DNA from: Veleropilina oligotropha
Taxonomy: Eukaryota
Direction of reading: 5' to 3'
DNA length: 64,000 nt
Assembly: GCA_048128005.1 (NCBI GenBank)
Contig: JBEUKZ010000038.1
Location: 186,001 to 250,000, forward strand
Shown here: positions 36,044 to 47,450 of the stretch, one piece after another
How the letters are laid out: the number at the start of each line of letters is the position of its first letter
Numbering within the stretch: position 1 is the stretch's first letter
Made by a program: the position numbers and the translations under genes
The notes under the pieces: model-generated
What the model saw: only the letters and a program-made list of their open reading frames with translations
What the model was told of the DNA's origin: nothing
Databases searched by the model: none

Positions 36044-37339
36044 AAATAAGGCATTGTGATGTTAACGCTTCCATCGATACTCTCTTCTCACAGTATTGTG
36101 CAACTTCCAAGGATAGGTTATAAACCCGGTAGTGTACAATGAATATGATTGAAATAAAATGTCCACATAATAAAAGAAGGGTAATGAATATATATAGCGT
36201 AGTGATGTGACGTTGTAGTAATCTATATAATTATTTTAACTATAGGTTTTCACTTTATCAAGATCTGGGATATGTATTTCATTAAACAAGACTTATCTTA
36301 GAAGAAATATCGATAGACAATCGATATCAATGACGTCGCAACCAACGCACATCACTATTTATCCATTACGTCCGTCACCTGGTCGATAAAGTGACAGGTA
36401 TTAATCCACACTTTGTATTTAATATATATTGCAAACAGTGCAGCGAACGAAATAATTAAAAATACATGCAAATGATGACGAGTGCATCCTCTTTGAAAAG
36501 TATGTCCACATTAATTATGATTAATTGTGGTGGAATATGCGTATTATTGTCAATGTGTATTCCTTACATTGAAATTGGAAGTTCGTAGACACGATTATTA
36601 AATAGTTTATTTACATGAAATGTAATGAATAATGAAATATCCATGCTAATAAGCACACACATATTCTGAACACAATTCATAGCATCTCTATACTACGCAA
36701 TTGAAATAATGTACCGTACTTGCTTTTGCATTTGTCAATATTATCGTTTTTAAAAGCACTGTTATTTGTAAAGGCAACATAAAACACCATTAGTGTGCGA
36801 ACTTGTTTGTTCAATAACAAAATTGATCATTAATATGTATTTTAAATCTGTCAGGTTCATTAACGTACGTTTAAGCACCGGCACTGGTGCAATTGATAAG
36901 AGCGTCACCGGCGGTCATGGCTCTCAATTCGCTCGCCTGACTGCTTGAATACGACCAGGAGTGGATTCGAATCCTCAGCTGGCCATTTTTGTTCAATTAA
37001 CTGTCATAGTTATCCATAAGTGGGTGGTGAGGGCGTGCCTTCCTTCGCGATAATACGGACATGGTGATGAGTTATTTGTTTATATGTTTAATGACCAGTT
37101 GAAAATCGTGTCAATCATCTTTGAATGATGAATTGAATTGGTGCTGTGTGCAATGGAGGCAGCAATCACGGTAAAAAAATCCCCGGCACTCCCTGAGTTT
37201 GATCACATGACCTTCCGTTTGTAGGTAAACGTGCGGATTTTGTCTTGTACCGCGTGCTAGTGCCACACACTACTTTACCATTATATTCATGTTCAGCAGC
37301 GCTTTCTACTCCATGCACTATTTCAGCTCTCTCGGGCCG

Positions 37340-37900
37340 CTTCGACAGTCGTGTGGTTTCGGTTGCAGACTCCGAAAAATCACTGACTTGATTCTGTTGA
37401 AACCGAGGCTGAGACATGACATTATTAGTTGAGCCGTTTACGGAGAGACTATTGTGTTGATGATGTATGTATGCCTGTGGTGTATGTCCACGATGACTTT
37501 ACATGGCATAACATGGTCAATTCAAAACATATAGCCACGAAACTTCATATATATGATATATGAGTGGATATCTAACTACTGATTTATTTATGAGTTCAAA
37601 GGTCAATGTCACCCAAGTCAAATAAGTGTAAAATACATAAACAGACATATCTCTGGATTCGGTCAACCTAGAAAGATAAAATTAAGTTTATTGACAGTGG
37701 GCACTGCGGCTCAACTATGCTTCCTCTCGGATGCGCTTGTTTGTTAAAGTTATGAATAACAGTTGTTCCATACTGGTCGGAGAGGGCGGGTTTCCCATGG
37801 GCGACCGGACTTTCCTCCTGGGATCATATGGACATGTCCTGCTTTGAACGTACTGGATGGAAACATACAGGACATTGCGCATCGATCCTATTCTTTCCTT
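37340..37900 (+). mobile_element. SINE family A copy interrupted by a HINE (37425-37742)
   Basis: The SINE head ends GAGACATGACATTA and resumes AGTTATGAATAACAGTTG. The insert has IR GTTGAGCCG / CGGCTCAAC and (ATGT)n. Confidence 0.75.
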
Positions 37901-38727
37901 CTCAGCTCTCTCACATAATACTACAGTTGTATGCTGCCACCAGAGTAACGACTAGCACGCTGGCAAGCTATGTCGCTGCCAACCAGGGCCCCTACTCGTG
38001 GTCGATTGGAGCAATACGTTGCTGGGTCTAAGAAACCAACACGGAAAATTGCTCCATAAAACAAGAGTCATAGAAGTTATTGGTAAACGAGCTTCGTGAA
38101 CAATTCTCGGTGAGAACGGAGCTAGACTGCAAACACAACGTTGGAATTCTAACAAAGATTATGCTTTCTCGTGTGGATGCACTGGGGCACATATATTCTT
38201 ATTCATTGCCGAAGGGAATTTGCCACGAACGGATATTGAACCCGAGGCATCTACATCCAAGACAGCGAATTTCAACTGAAATTCTCGATTTACATAGAAA
38301 CACCGGACAAGGTATATGAAATCAGATATTAAAACAAGGCTGATATCAGCGCGGGAAGTATGGCCATTTATGCAACATTGAGTGGTTGATTTGAATTAAT
38401 TTTATCTTGTTAACTTTATGATTACAGTGGCCACACATCTGTCGAAGTTCCGGTTTAATTAACCTTGTATATAGTCGATATAATCACAGTGATAAGCAGA
38501 TTAATTCCTCTCCATAATTCGCAGCAGGAGATCGAAATATGTAGTCAGACGTCCACAATCAATGTTACAACGCTAAATTAATGTTAGATAAATCATTGCT
38601 TATCTTTTAATTACTCATATTGACAAGATCAAAGAACAATGCAAGAGTTTCCAATAATATACGAAAATCGAACTTGAACAAGCAAACGGTTCTTGGGCAC
38701 TGCTGAAGTCCGTATTGCCGTATTATA

Positions 38728-39825
38728 ATGGCAACTACATTGGATTCTTACTCGTATTGCTGGAATAATTATTCCTTGTACAATAACAGCAATAATGTTT
38801 CTTGGTTAGAGATCAGAAGAACTTTTGGATTTTTATTGATGACCGATTCAGATATATACACATTCATGAGTGTAGAAATACCCACAATTGTCCTCGGGAT
38901 AATTGGAAATATTTCACTCCTGTTGACCATTTTTCGAAAGACGCGGGAATATGTCCGGCCATACGACTTGTTCGTAGGTAACATGGCTGTATCAAATTGT
39001 GCGAGCCTCTCACTTGGCTGGTCATTCGTAATGGCGCGAATATTCTGGAACGAAACGTGGTGTCTCGGACAAAATTTCTGTAAAATGTTTCTCTATATTG
39101 TGCTTACATGCAATGCAATGTCTATAATGTGGCAGACGCTAATAACTGTGGATCGGTTAATCAGAGTGAATTTTGTACATGGAACATGCTGTTCCAACAT
39201 ATCGCAAAATGCTTCAAAGCGATTGGTTTTTCTCACATGGTTGGCGGTACCAGGAGTATGTGTGTTTTTCGCCATCCATTCAGAGGTTATTCTTGTGGAA
39301 TATGGATCATGCACGTTTTCAATTTGTGTTTTTTACCATCCTGAATCAATAGTGTCTAAGAGACCTCAGCTTATCGCTTCTGCGGTATCCCAAATTCTAC
39401 CGTGCCTGGTGATGTTCACCTTGAATATTTGCGTTGCGGCGTCTTTGATTAGATATGGCAGGGAACAACGGACGCCAGGAACATGGAACAGAAATTCAAA
39501 ATTTGCACTGAAGACCAAAGATGTTCGTGCTGTTAAAATAATACTTGTGTCTGGCGTTCTAATGAACGTTTCCTGGATAACATTTATAACGATATTTGAA
39601 GTGGATATCTATTATCTTCTTCCCCGTGGGTTGTTTCTATTTGGCCGTTGGCTTGGATCGGCTTATGTCGCTTTTCTCCCATTTATATACGGCATTACGT
39701 ACGGAGGGATATTTCAGAGGACTAACACCGTCGCATGTCGTGTAGAACCCATCGCATACACCCGGAACAATACACCGGTGGTAGATATCGAGCGAACCAA
39801 TAACGCAAATTATGAAATGAGTTAA
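38728..39825 (+). CDS. Intronless class A (rhodopsin-like) orphan GPCR, 365 aa
   Basis: Seven hydrophobic segments, GN in TM1, WCLG..C in ECL1/TM3, DRL, TM4 W, PFIY, N-terminal N-glycosylation sequons. Confidence 0.9.
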   Translation: MATTLDSYSYCWNNYSLYNNSNNVSWLEIRRTFGFLLMTDSDIYTFMSVEIPTIVLGIIGNISLLLTIFRKTREYVRPYDLFVGNMAVSNCASLSLGWSFVMARIFWNETWCLGQNFCKMFLYIVLTCNAMSIMWQTLITVDRLIRVNFVHGTCCSNISQNASKRLVFLTWLAVPGVCVFFAIHSEVILVEYGSCTFSICVFYHPESIVSKRPQLIASAVSQILPCLVMFTLNICVAASLIRYGREQRTPGTWNRNSKFALKTKDVRAVKIILVSGVLMNVSWITFITIFEVDIYYLLPRGLFLFGRWLGSAYVAFLPFIYGITYGGIFQRTNTVACRVEPIAYTRNNTPVVDIERTNNANYEMS

Positions 39826-40268
39826 GAAACCACGAACAGTGGTATTATTAGTTAACTTAATATTGTTGTCTTTAAGAGTTTTATTTAAATGTTATTTAAT
39901 TGATCTTTTGCGCGCGACGTCCCATGTTTCTTCCTCCCCGGGATTTAACCTTGGCCTTCGTAGCAAATACCTCCATCTCTATATTTTTGTCGCTATAACG
40001 ACTTGGATATTATGGTATTAATAGTTATCACGATTAAGTATCATTGATGTTAGCTCTGCGCGTATGGAAAATATTAAACTTGAAACAGCTGACACTATAA
40101 AATATAACGCATATATGTCGTACCTAGCAACATTTTGAAAATTATCGATGCTTAACAGACATCTGTTATCTTCAGTTTGCAATTTATCTGTTTTGCAATA
40201 AATTCAATTATTGTCCTTAATCTTAGATTAGGACGACAGTCTTTATAACAAGCAGTATATATATTCGT

Positions 40269-41360
40269 ATGACATGTGCTCGCAATTGTATCTCCATCAT
40301 GGCTGCAACAGAGGAACAGTTTTCTGAGTGTTGGCGAAATGTGACGATGATACTCGAGGTTATGGACTTATGGCGCGATTCGTGGAATTCTTATCGATAT
40401 CTCCTTATGAACAAAAGCCATATTTATTCTTTCATGGTTGTGGAAATATTAACAATAATTGTTGGATTGATCTCCAATATTTTACTCTTTGCTGCAATTG
40501 TAAGGAGAAAACAACTACATTCCACCAGACCGTATGATTTGTTTGTAGGGAACATGGCGATGTCTAACGTTATATGTAATTGCGTTGGCTGGTCTGTTGT
40601 TAACATAAGGGTGTTCTACAACGAACTCTGGTATTTCGGAGAAGGTTTATGCAAAACAAGTCTATATTTTTTGGGTATATTTAGCACCATGACGATAATA
40701 TGGCAGACGTGGATCACGGTGGATCGTCTGCTCCGAGTGAATTTTGCACGTGCAGCTTGGTGTCCGAAGTTAACGCCAAAAACTGCAAAGATTGCGGTTG
40801 CTCTGACGTGGCTTGCGATTCCCGTATTATTTTGCGAAATTGTTGTTTTTTCAAAACTGATTGTGAAAACATTTGGAACGTGCTCCTTTCCATTATGTTT
40901 ATATTTCAATCCTGATATCGCAGCTTCTAAAACAAGTCAACTATTAACATCTGCATTTTCGCAAAGCATTCCGTGTCTACTAATGTTTGTGTTGAACGTC
41001 TGCGTAGCAGCCTCTCTCGTTCGGTTCAGATGGCAACAGCAAAGAAATAACGGAAATGCCAATGACGGTGCGAGATTGGCTCTCGGTTCCAAAGATGTAC
41101 GAGCAGTGAAAATAATCTTAATCTCTGGTGTTTTTGTGAACGTTTGTTGGGCATCATTTCTGGTGATTTTTGAAATGGATGTCTACATCGGAGTTTCACC
41201 AGGGATGTTTCTATTCGGCCGATGGCTCGGGTGCGTGTATACCGCTATTCTTCCGTTTATTTATGGTTCCACCTACGGAGGGCTTATAAGGAGGAAATCA
41301 GCTGTACAAACAGACTTTGGACCCCCAGTATCAATGCGTCTGGAGCATACAGGATACTGA
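40269..41360 (+). CDS. Intronless class A orphan GPCR paralogue, 363 aa (alternative ATG at 40299)
   Basis: Colinear with 38728-39825: RPYDLFVGNMA, TVDRL, KDVRAVKIIL, FLFGRWLG, LPFIYG. Confidence 0.9.
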   Translation: MTCARNCISIMAATEEQFSECWRNVTMILEVMDLWRDSWNSYRYLLMNKSHIYSFMVVEILTIIVGLISNILLFAAIVRRKQLHSTRPYDLFVGNMAMSNVICNCVGWSVVNIRVFYNELWYFGEGLCKTSLYFLGIFSTMTIIWQTWITVDRLLRVNFARAAWCPKLTPKTAKIAVALTWLAIPVLFCEIVVFSKLIVKTFGTCSFPLCLYFNPDIAASKTSQLLTSAFSQSIPCLLMFVLNVCVAASLVRFRWQQQRNNGNANDGARLALGSKDVRAVKIILISGVFVNVCWASFLVIFEMDVYIGVSPGMFLFGRWLGCVYTAILPFIYGSTYGGLIRRKSAVQTDFGPPVSMRLEHTGY

Positions 41361-42169
41361 TGCAGCGATAGATTGATTACAATTTGATAGATATTACATG
41401 TCAGGCAAACATATTAAAATGACGTCGGTCGTTTAGGGTGATCTGATTTCATTGGCATGGCCAAACACCAAGATGATAGGATAATGCATTTGGAACCGTT
41501 CACCCGTATAATGTTTAATTGTATTCGCCTTTAACTTTGTCATCGACAATATCTCCACAGTGCCTTGATCCTCCGTGCGTTTGGTGGTTATTGGAGATTC
41601 GAGAATTCAGCCGCTATAACGATTATCATTGTGAACATTGATATTGTCCGATCACCGAAAGTAAACAATGTTCACTATGACAGGGTTTCGAGTGAGTGGT
41701 AAATCATTGGTATTTTTGTAAAAATGAACTCATCTAAGCTTCTTAAAATAAAAAATGTATCTTTATTCAAATTGATAAAACACCTATGAACACATATCAA
41801 ATATCAACACATATCAAATTGGTGAACACATATCAGTATTTGAAACAGACTATAACTTGATGTGCAGTCGCTGCTAAGAAATAACCCCCTGCTAATTACA
41901 GAAGGGCGGGCAAACTGAGGTTTAACCAAGTGATCATGTCGGGCACCATACAGGCGGAGTTGGCAAAACGCGTGATCGCATAAAGGCGTTAAATCGCGGG
42001 GTCGACTGCACCGTGAATGTCAAAGTGATAAGGTGGTCACAAACATGCCCCATAATCCATATAAAAGCCGATTTTTGCTGTTGCCTATTCAGCCAATTCA
42101 GTTTTACTTTAGCATGCTCTTCTGTGATATGATATTACTAAAATATTATACATTAATGTGTAACTGCTT

Positions 42170-42460
42170 TGGCGGATGAGTGGATAGCACGTTGGACACC
42201 CAGCCGAGACAGCCAGGAGGGTCCGGGTTCGAGACACCCAGCCGAGACAGCCACGAGGGTCCGGGTTCGAGACACTCGGCCGAGACAGCCAGGAGGGTCC
42301 GGGCTAGAGGCCAGCCGGTAGCTTTCTCTATCGTTTAAAATAATAGATAGAATATTCGTAATGTTTACGTCAGTCAGATCGATTTGAGACTTTAAACCAG
42401 GTGTCCCGACTGTGTTAAGGCTGAAATTGTCAAAGTGATCGTAAAACGAAGTTGTCAACA
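42170..42460 (+). mobile_element. SINE family B copy with tandemly repeated B-box region
   Basis: 38-bp unit at 42195, 42233 and 42271; body GTCAGATC..GAGACTTTAAACCAGGTGTCCCGAC. Confidence 0.7.
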
Positions 42461-43260
42461 AACCCGACATATGCCACGTCATCTTAAGTCGCAACCGTGA
42501 TAAATGACAGATTGTGTCACAATAACCGCAGATGCCAACAATATGTCGATCATTTTGAGAACAACGACCACAAATGTTGCAACGACATGGACCCATTGTT
42601 GTCAATAGTTTTGATCGCAAATGTCACAACTCGCCCTTACAGCAAATGTCGCAATTCTTAATATCCCATTTAACACCACCAAGCGTCCATATTATCTCAC
42701 ATTATAGCTCGGTAACGAGGGACAAACGCGCCTCAACGCCGGGTTATAGATATCTGTGACTGCTCATTGAAGAGATTTCACAAATCGATGATTCGAACCC
42801 ATTCCTTTTACTATTCAGGTGAGTGTATTGGGAGTGTGCAGTGTGTCATCATAATTGTTGAATAACTAATTACTAGTATCATGAGCGATGATGTACGATT
42901 TCGGAAGAATGTTCCCTTTTAGGATTGTAAAATGATTGACGTACGTTATTGGCTGAAAACGTGATGTATCCATTTTGAATAGACATCAATAAATGGAACC
43001 AGTGAAATTGAATTTTATTTTTTTATTTACTAGCGAATTGAATAAAGTTGATCACCACTTCGATGTATGATTTATGATTGTAATATATCAAAAACATAAT
43101 AATTGTTATGAGGTGCAACACGTACTTCATAGAGCGACTGTGGTGTCAATTGGATACTGTTAAAGAGGTTACTTCGGTGGCATACGTACTGGTTTTACAA
43201 ATAATACTACAATAATTAGTTTCCCCGGCCATTGACTGAAGATACACTTAATTGACTAAT

Positions 43261-43630
43261 AATAATTATCTTGCTTTGGTCGCGTATCGTCTCTTCTGAT
43301 TGGCTGACATTATTTTACTAACGTGCCGTAAACTCCAACCAGACGTGGTATACGCGTCGCCTGTCAATCAAACTGTCACACTTGGAAAACCTTGTGTAGG
43401 CGTTACTGAAGTTTGTCGTCTGTCATTTTGAATACATCACAGTATTAATAACAACAGTGTTATGAGCCGAGTCAGGAGTTTGTTTAGTATGTTTATCATT
43501 GTCAAAGCAAGATAAATAAGATAACGAGCAACGTCTTGTTAAACACGTTGCCTTGAATATAATATTACGTTAAACAACTCGTCTAGCGCCTCGGTGTTCA
43601 ACTTCCTTCGGTATTCAATGCAATTTGTTT
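43261..43630 (+). mobile_element. Decayed short IR plus terminal hairpin element
   Basis: TTATCTTGCTTTG (~43266) is inverted to CAAAGCAAGATAA (~43503), followed by an imperfect palindrome at ~43540-43630. Confidence 0.45.
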
Positions 43631-45049
43631 ACCGCGACGTCGCCCGACAACTTATATTGTCGCACTGATACTAGTAGATATCAAATACCAAATTAAAATA
43701 TATGAACAATCTTAGCTCATCCGTCTTGAGCAGAGGATTGGATAATAACCTAGTTCATTGTAGTGAATGCGAGTAAGGAGTATTAATTGTTACATACAAT
43801 TCATTATTACTGTAGTTATCTATGACTTTGACTGTGAAAATAAACAATATCTTTTCACAGGAATCAGAGAGCATTAAAGTATAAATATTGATGTAATGCG
43901 ATATGAATCGCGATTACGTTACGCCCGCAAACGCGGTATAAATAATGTAGTTATGACGATTGACTGAATTGGATCGATAAGTAATGCCCTGTATTAGTCC
44001 AGCAGTCAGAAGGTGATTTTTGGCCTAACCCAACAGTCTCGGTATAATTTTTTTACTGTTGATTATTTAACTATGGCATGTCATTGATGGGTTCCAGGGG
44101 GTGTGGGGGTGTGGAGTTCTCACCCTTGGGCATCTTTTTGGCGGCAATTTTTGGCCGCCAAGTAAAATTTCATTTGCTAATATCCTGATCCTCGACGGCC
44201 ATATGGACAAAATTATGGAGTCTAGACACATGTTTTAATAATCAATAAACAAAATTACAATACTGTTTAGTAATATTGGGTGGTTAGGAGGAGGTATTCA
44301 CCTTAAAATTCAAAATGGCCGTTAAAATGGTTGCAAACCACACACGTTTTTTCTCATATCTCGAACTGTGATGTTTATAGATGCATCATTCTGATGTCTT
44401 TACCCGTGTTTTCAGGATCAGTTAACATGGTGAGATCAATAATAATAATACTGAATGATTTAGTAGAGTCTATATCATCTTAACTTTAAAAATGGCCGCC
44501 AAATGCGTTCGACATCCAAAGAGCTAATAGTCCAGTAGTCAGAAGCTGATTTTTAGCCTAACCCAAAATTATTGGTATAAGTTTGTTTGCTGTTGACTAT
44601 GACATGTGATGATGTCATTGATGAGTTCCAAGGGGTTTGATGTTCTCACACTTGGGCAACTTTTTGGCGGCTATTTTTAAATGGCCGCCAAGTAAAATTT
44701 CATCTGTTAATATCTTTATCCTCGAGGGCCATATGGATAAGATTCTGGTGTCTACACTTATGTTTTCATACTCAATAAACAAGATTAGAATACATTTTAG
44801 TAATATTGGGTGATTTGGAGAAGGTGGTCACCTTAAAACTCTAAATGACCGCCAAAATGGTTGCAAGCCGAACACGTTTTTTGTCATATCTCGAACTGTG
44901 ATGTTCAAAGAGGCTTCATTCTGACGTCTAAACCCATGTTTTCAGGCTCAGTGAACATGGTGAGCATTAATACTGTATGAAGTACACATTGAAACATAAC
45001 TGACATAGCAATATGACTAGACTATAATGTCATGACTATAAATTATGCA

Positions 45050-47450
45050 TCTATATAAGATGCATAACATTCCGTACAATCGCTGAGGTGTTCTAGGCTC
45101 AAAGTGAAGGGATGGTCGCAGCCCCCAACCTGTTCGAGAACGACGTAGACAATCTTGCCAATGAACTCAAAGAGGTACTACTTGCAACAGCTAAATAGAT
45201 ACTGGGGAGAAAGCGGAAGAACATCCAGACATGGGTAACGAACTATGTACTGGGCCTATGGGACAAGAGCTGGGTTGTCAGAAGCATACAGGTAATGAAT
45301 CAAGGGTGCAATATTAACAAGTGCATAGATGGGTCAAGAGGAAGATGAGATCAGGTAAAGAGTGGTGGTTTGGGACGCAGTGTGTAGCCATAGACAAGGG
45401 ATGAAAGCAGAGAATGACCAACAGGTCTACGATAATCTAAACGCCCTAATCAACGTCCGTTGATAAAGAAGGTACGCTACTGACATTCAGCGACGAAGTT
45501 ATATAGAGGTGGAGGAGTACTGTGAGAGCTGGTACAACTATGAAACCCACACATACCTCTCCGTTTTGTAAGCCAACCAATAGCTGTCATCGTTGATAAA
45601 GAAGGTACGCTACTGACATTCAGCTACAAAGTCCTGAAGAGGTGGATGAGTACTGTGAGAGCCGGTACAAAATACTATGAACCTCACCCATACCTTTCCG
45701 TTTTATAAGCCAACCAAATCATTACAGAGAGTGAAGACAGTCTCTCGGTACTGAACGAAGATGTAACTGCAGCATTGATGAGCTTAAATGCAGGAAAGTC
45801 ACTCGGAGTGGACAACGTCTCCTCCGAATTGATGAGAAGCGGAGGTGAAGGAACTGTAAACGTCCTGACAATTATGACAGACGATCTGGAAACAGAGCAA
45901 ATGACAAACAGAGTGGACACAATCGCTAGTGATACCCTTAACAAAGAACGGACCCTCAACTTGATCGGCCGCCTCAGCATGGTGATGCTACGCATCGCCC
46001 ACAACCGATTGAAAACGAAGGCTTAGGAACTAATGCCGGAGAATTAAGCTGGGTTCAGAGCAGGCCGGAGTACTGTGGATAGATTTTCAACTGTAGAATC
46101 ATCATTTAAAAACAGCTTCAACATAACCGCTACCTCTTTCACAACTTCATAGCCTCCAAAAAGGTCTTTGACTGAATTTGGCATGACGGCCTCTGGAACG
46201 TACTTCAGAGGCTACAAATTCGAGGAAGGCCTTGTTCAGGTCATCCAAGCCGTCTGCAAGCACTCCAACAGTGCAGTTCTTCTGAACAGTTAACTGCGAA
46301 TGTTCTTTCAGACAACTGTCGACATCCGACAGGGGTGATTACTCTCTCTCCTGTTCTCTACAGCATTACTGCCAACATCACCATGAACAGGAAGCCATTA
46401 GAGAAAGTGTGCAGCTTCAAATACTGGGAGGGACCCTGTCAAAGGATAGTACCTGCACAGCAGAAATCCGTATAAGATTCGCCACAGCTAAGCCACTGTA
46501 GCGATGGCCAGACATGTAGGATTTGGATAAGTAACATCGGATTCCCACCACAGAAGGCATTTGAAATGAAACAAGAGCTGTCAGAAGGACAGCATGCTCG
46601 ACTATCAAAAGCTGGATCGATGAATGAAAATAATTTGGTAAAAATGAAACTAGAGTTATGGCCCTTGTATTGCAAGTTCGCATAATGATGTGACAAGCGT
46701 ATGAAGTTTCAAGGCTGTAGTGTGAACACTTTGTGAGAAAAGGCCCTTCATGCAAAATGTTAACCTGAAGTTGACTTTGTGAGAAAAGGCCCTTCATGCA
46801 AAACATTAACCTGAATTGTCTAAGTCGAAAAAGGGGAATAATTTGGTAAAATAACGAAGCCAGATTTATTACGCCTGTAATGTAAGGTCACATAATGACG
46901 TTGAACAAGTGTATTAAGTTTGAAAGGTGTAGTGTGAAAAATTTGTGAGAAAAGACCCTTCATGCAAAACATTAACCTGAATTGTCTAAGTCGAAAAAGG
47001 GGAATAATTTGGTAAAACAGCGAAGCCAGAGTTATTACGCCTGTAATGTAAGGTCGCATAATGACATTGAACAAGTGTATGAAGTTTGAAAGTTGTAGTT
47101 TGAAAAATTTGTGAGAAAAGACCCTTCATGCAAAATGTTAACCTGAAGTTTGACGCCAACGCCGACGCCGACGCCGACGACAGGGTGACTGCAATAGCTC
47201 GTACTATTTTAGAATAGTCGAGCTAAAAATCCCTCAGGAAGTTGCTCCGCATCTCCTAGCTGGAGAGCAAGACCAACGAGTACGTGCAGAGCAAAGTCGA
47301 AAGACTTAGGGCCGCCAGGAACCTATCATTACCACTAAAAGACGGAAGAGAAGTTGGTTCGGCCAAGTCACACGGCCCGTCAATCTCTGCAATATTATCA
47401 TGCAAGACACAGTCGAGGGAGGACGGGTTTACGTCCATTTGACATTTAAG
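45050..47450 (+). pseudogene. Highly decayed RTE-clade LINE fragment
   Basis: GKSLGVDNVSSEL, AGFRAGRST, KVFD..WH, IRQG, FKYLG-like motif, AARNLSLP; many stops. Confidence 0.75.
46570..47229 (-). mobile_element. HINE-like element with tandem core inserted in the RTE fragment
   Basis: IR GCTCGACTAT / ATAGTCGAGC, (GACGCC)n, repeated TTTGTGAGAAAAG.CCCTTCATGCAAAA units. Confidence 0.8.

Noticed and set aside
45455..45720. ~130-bp direct repeat
   Set aside because: Local tandem duplication within a dead RTE fragment; no sign of function.
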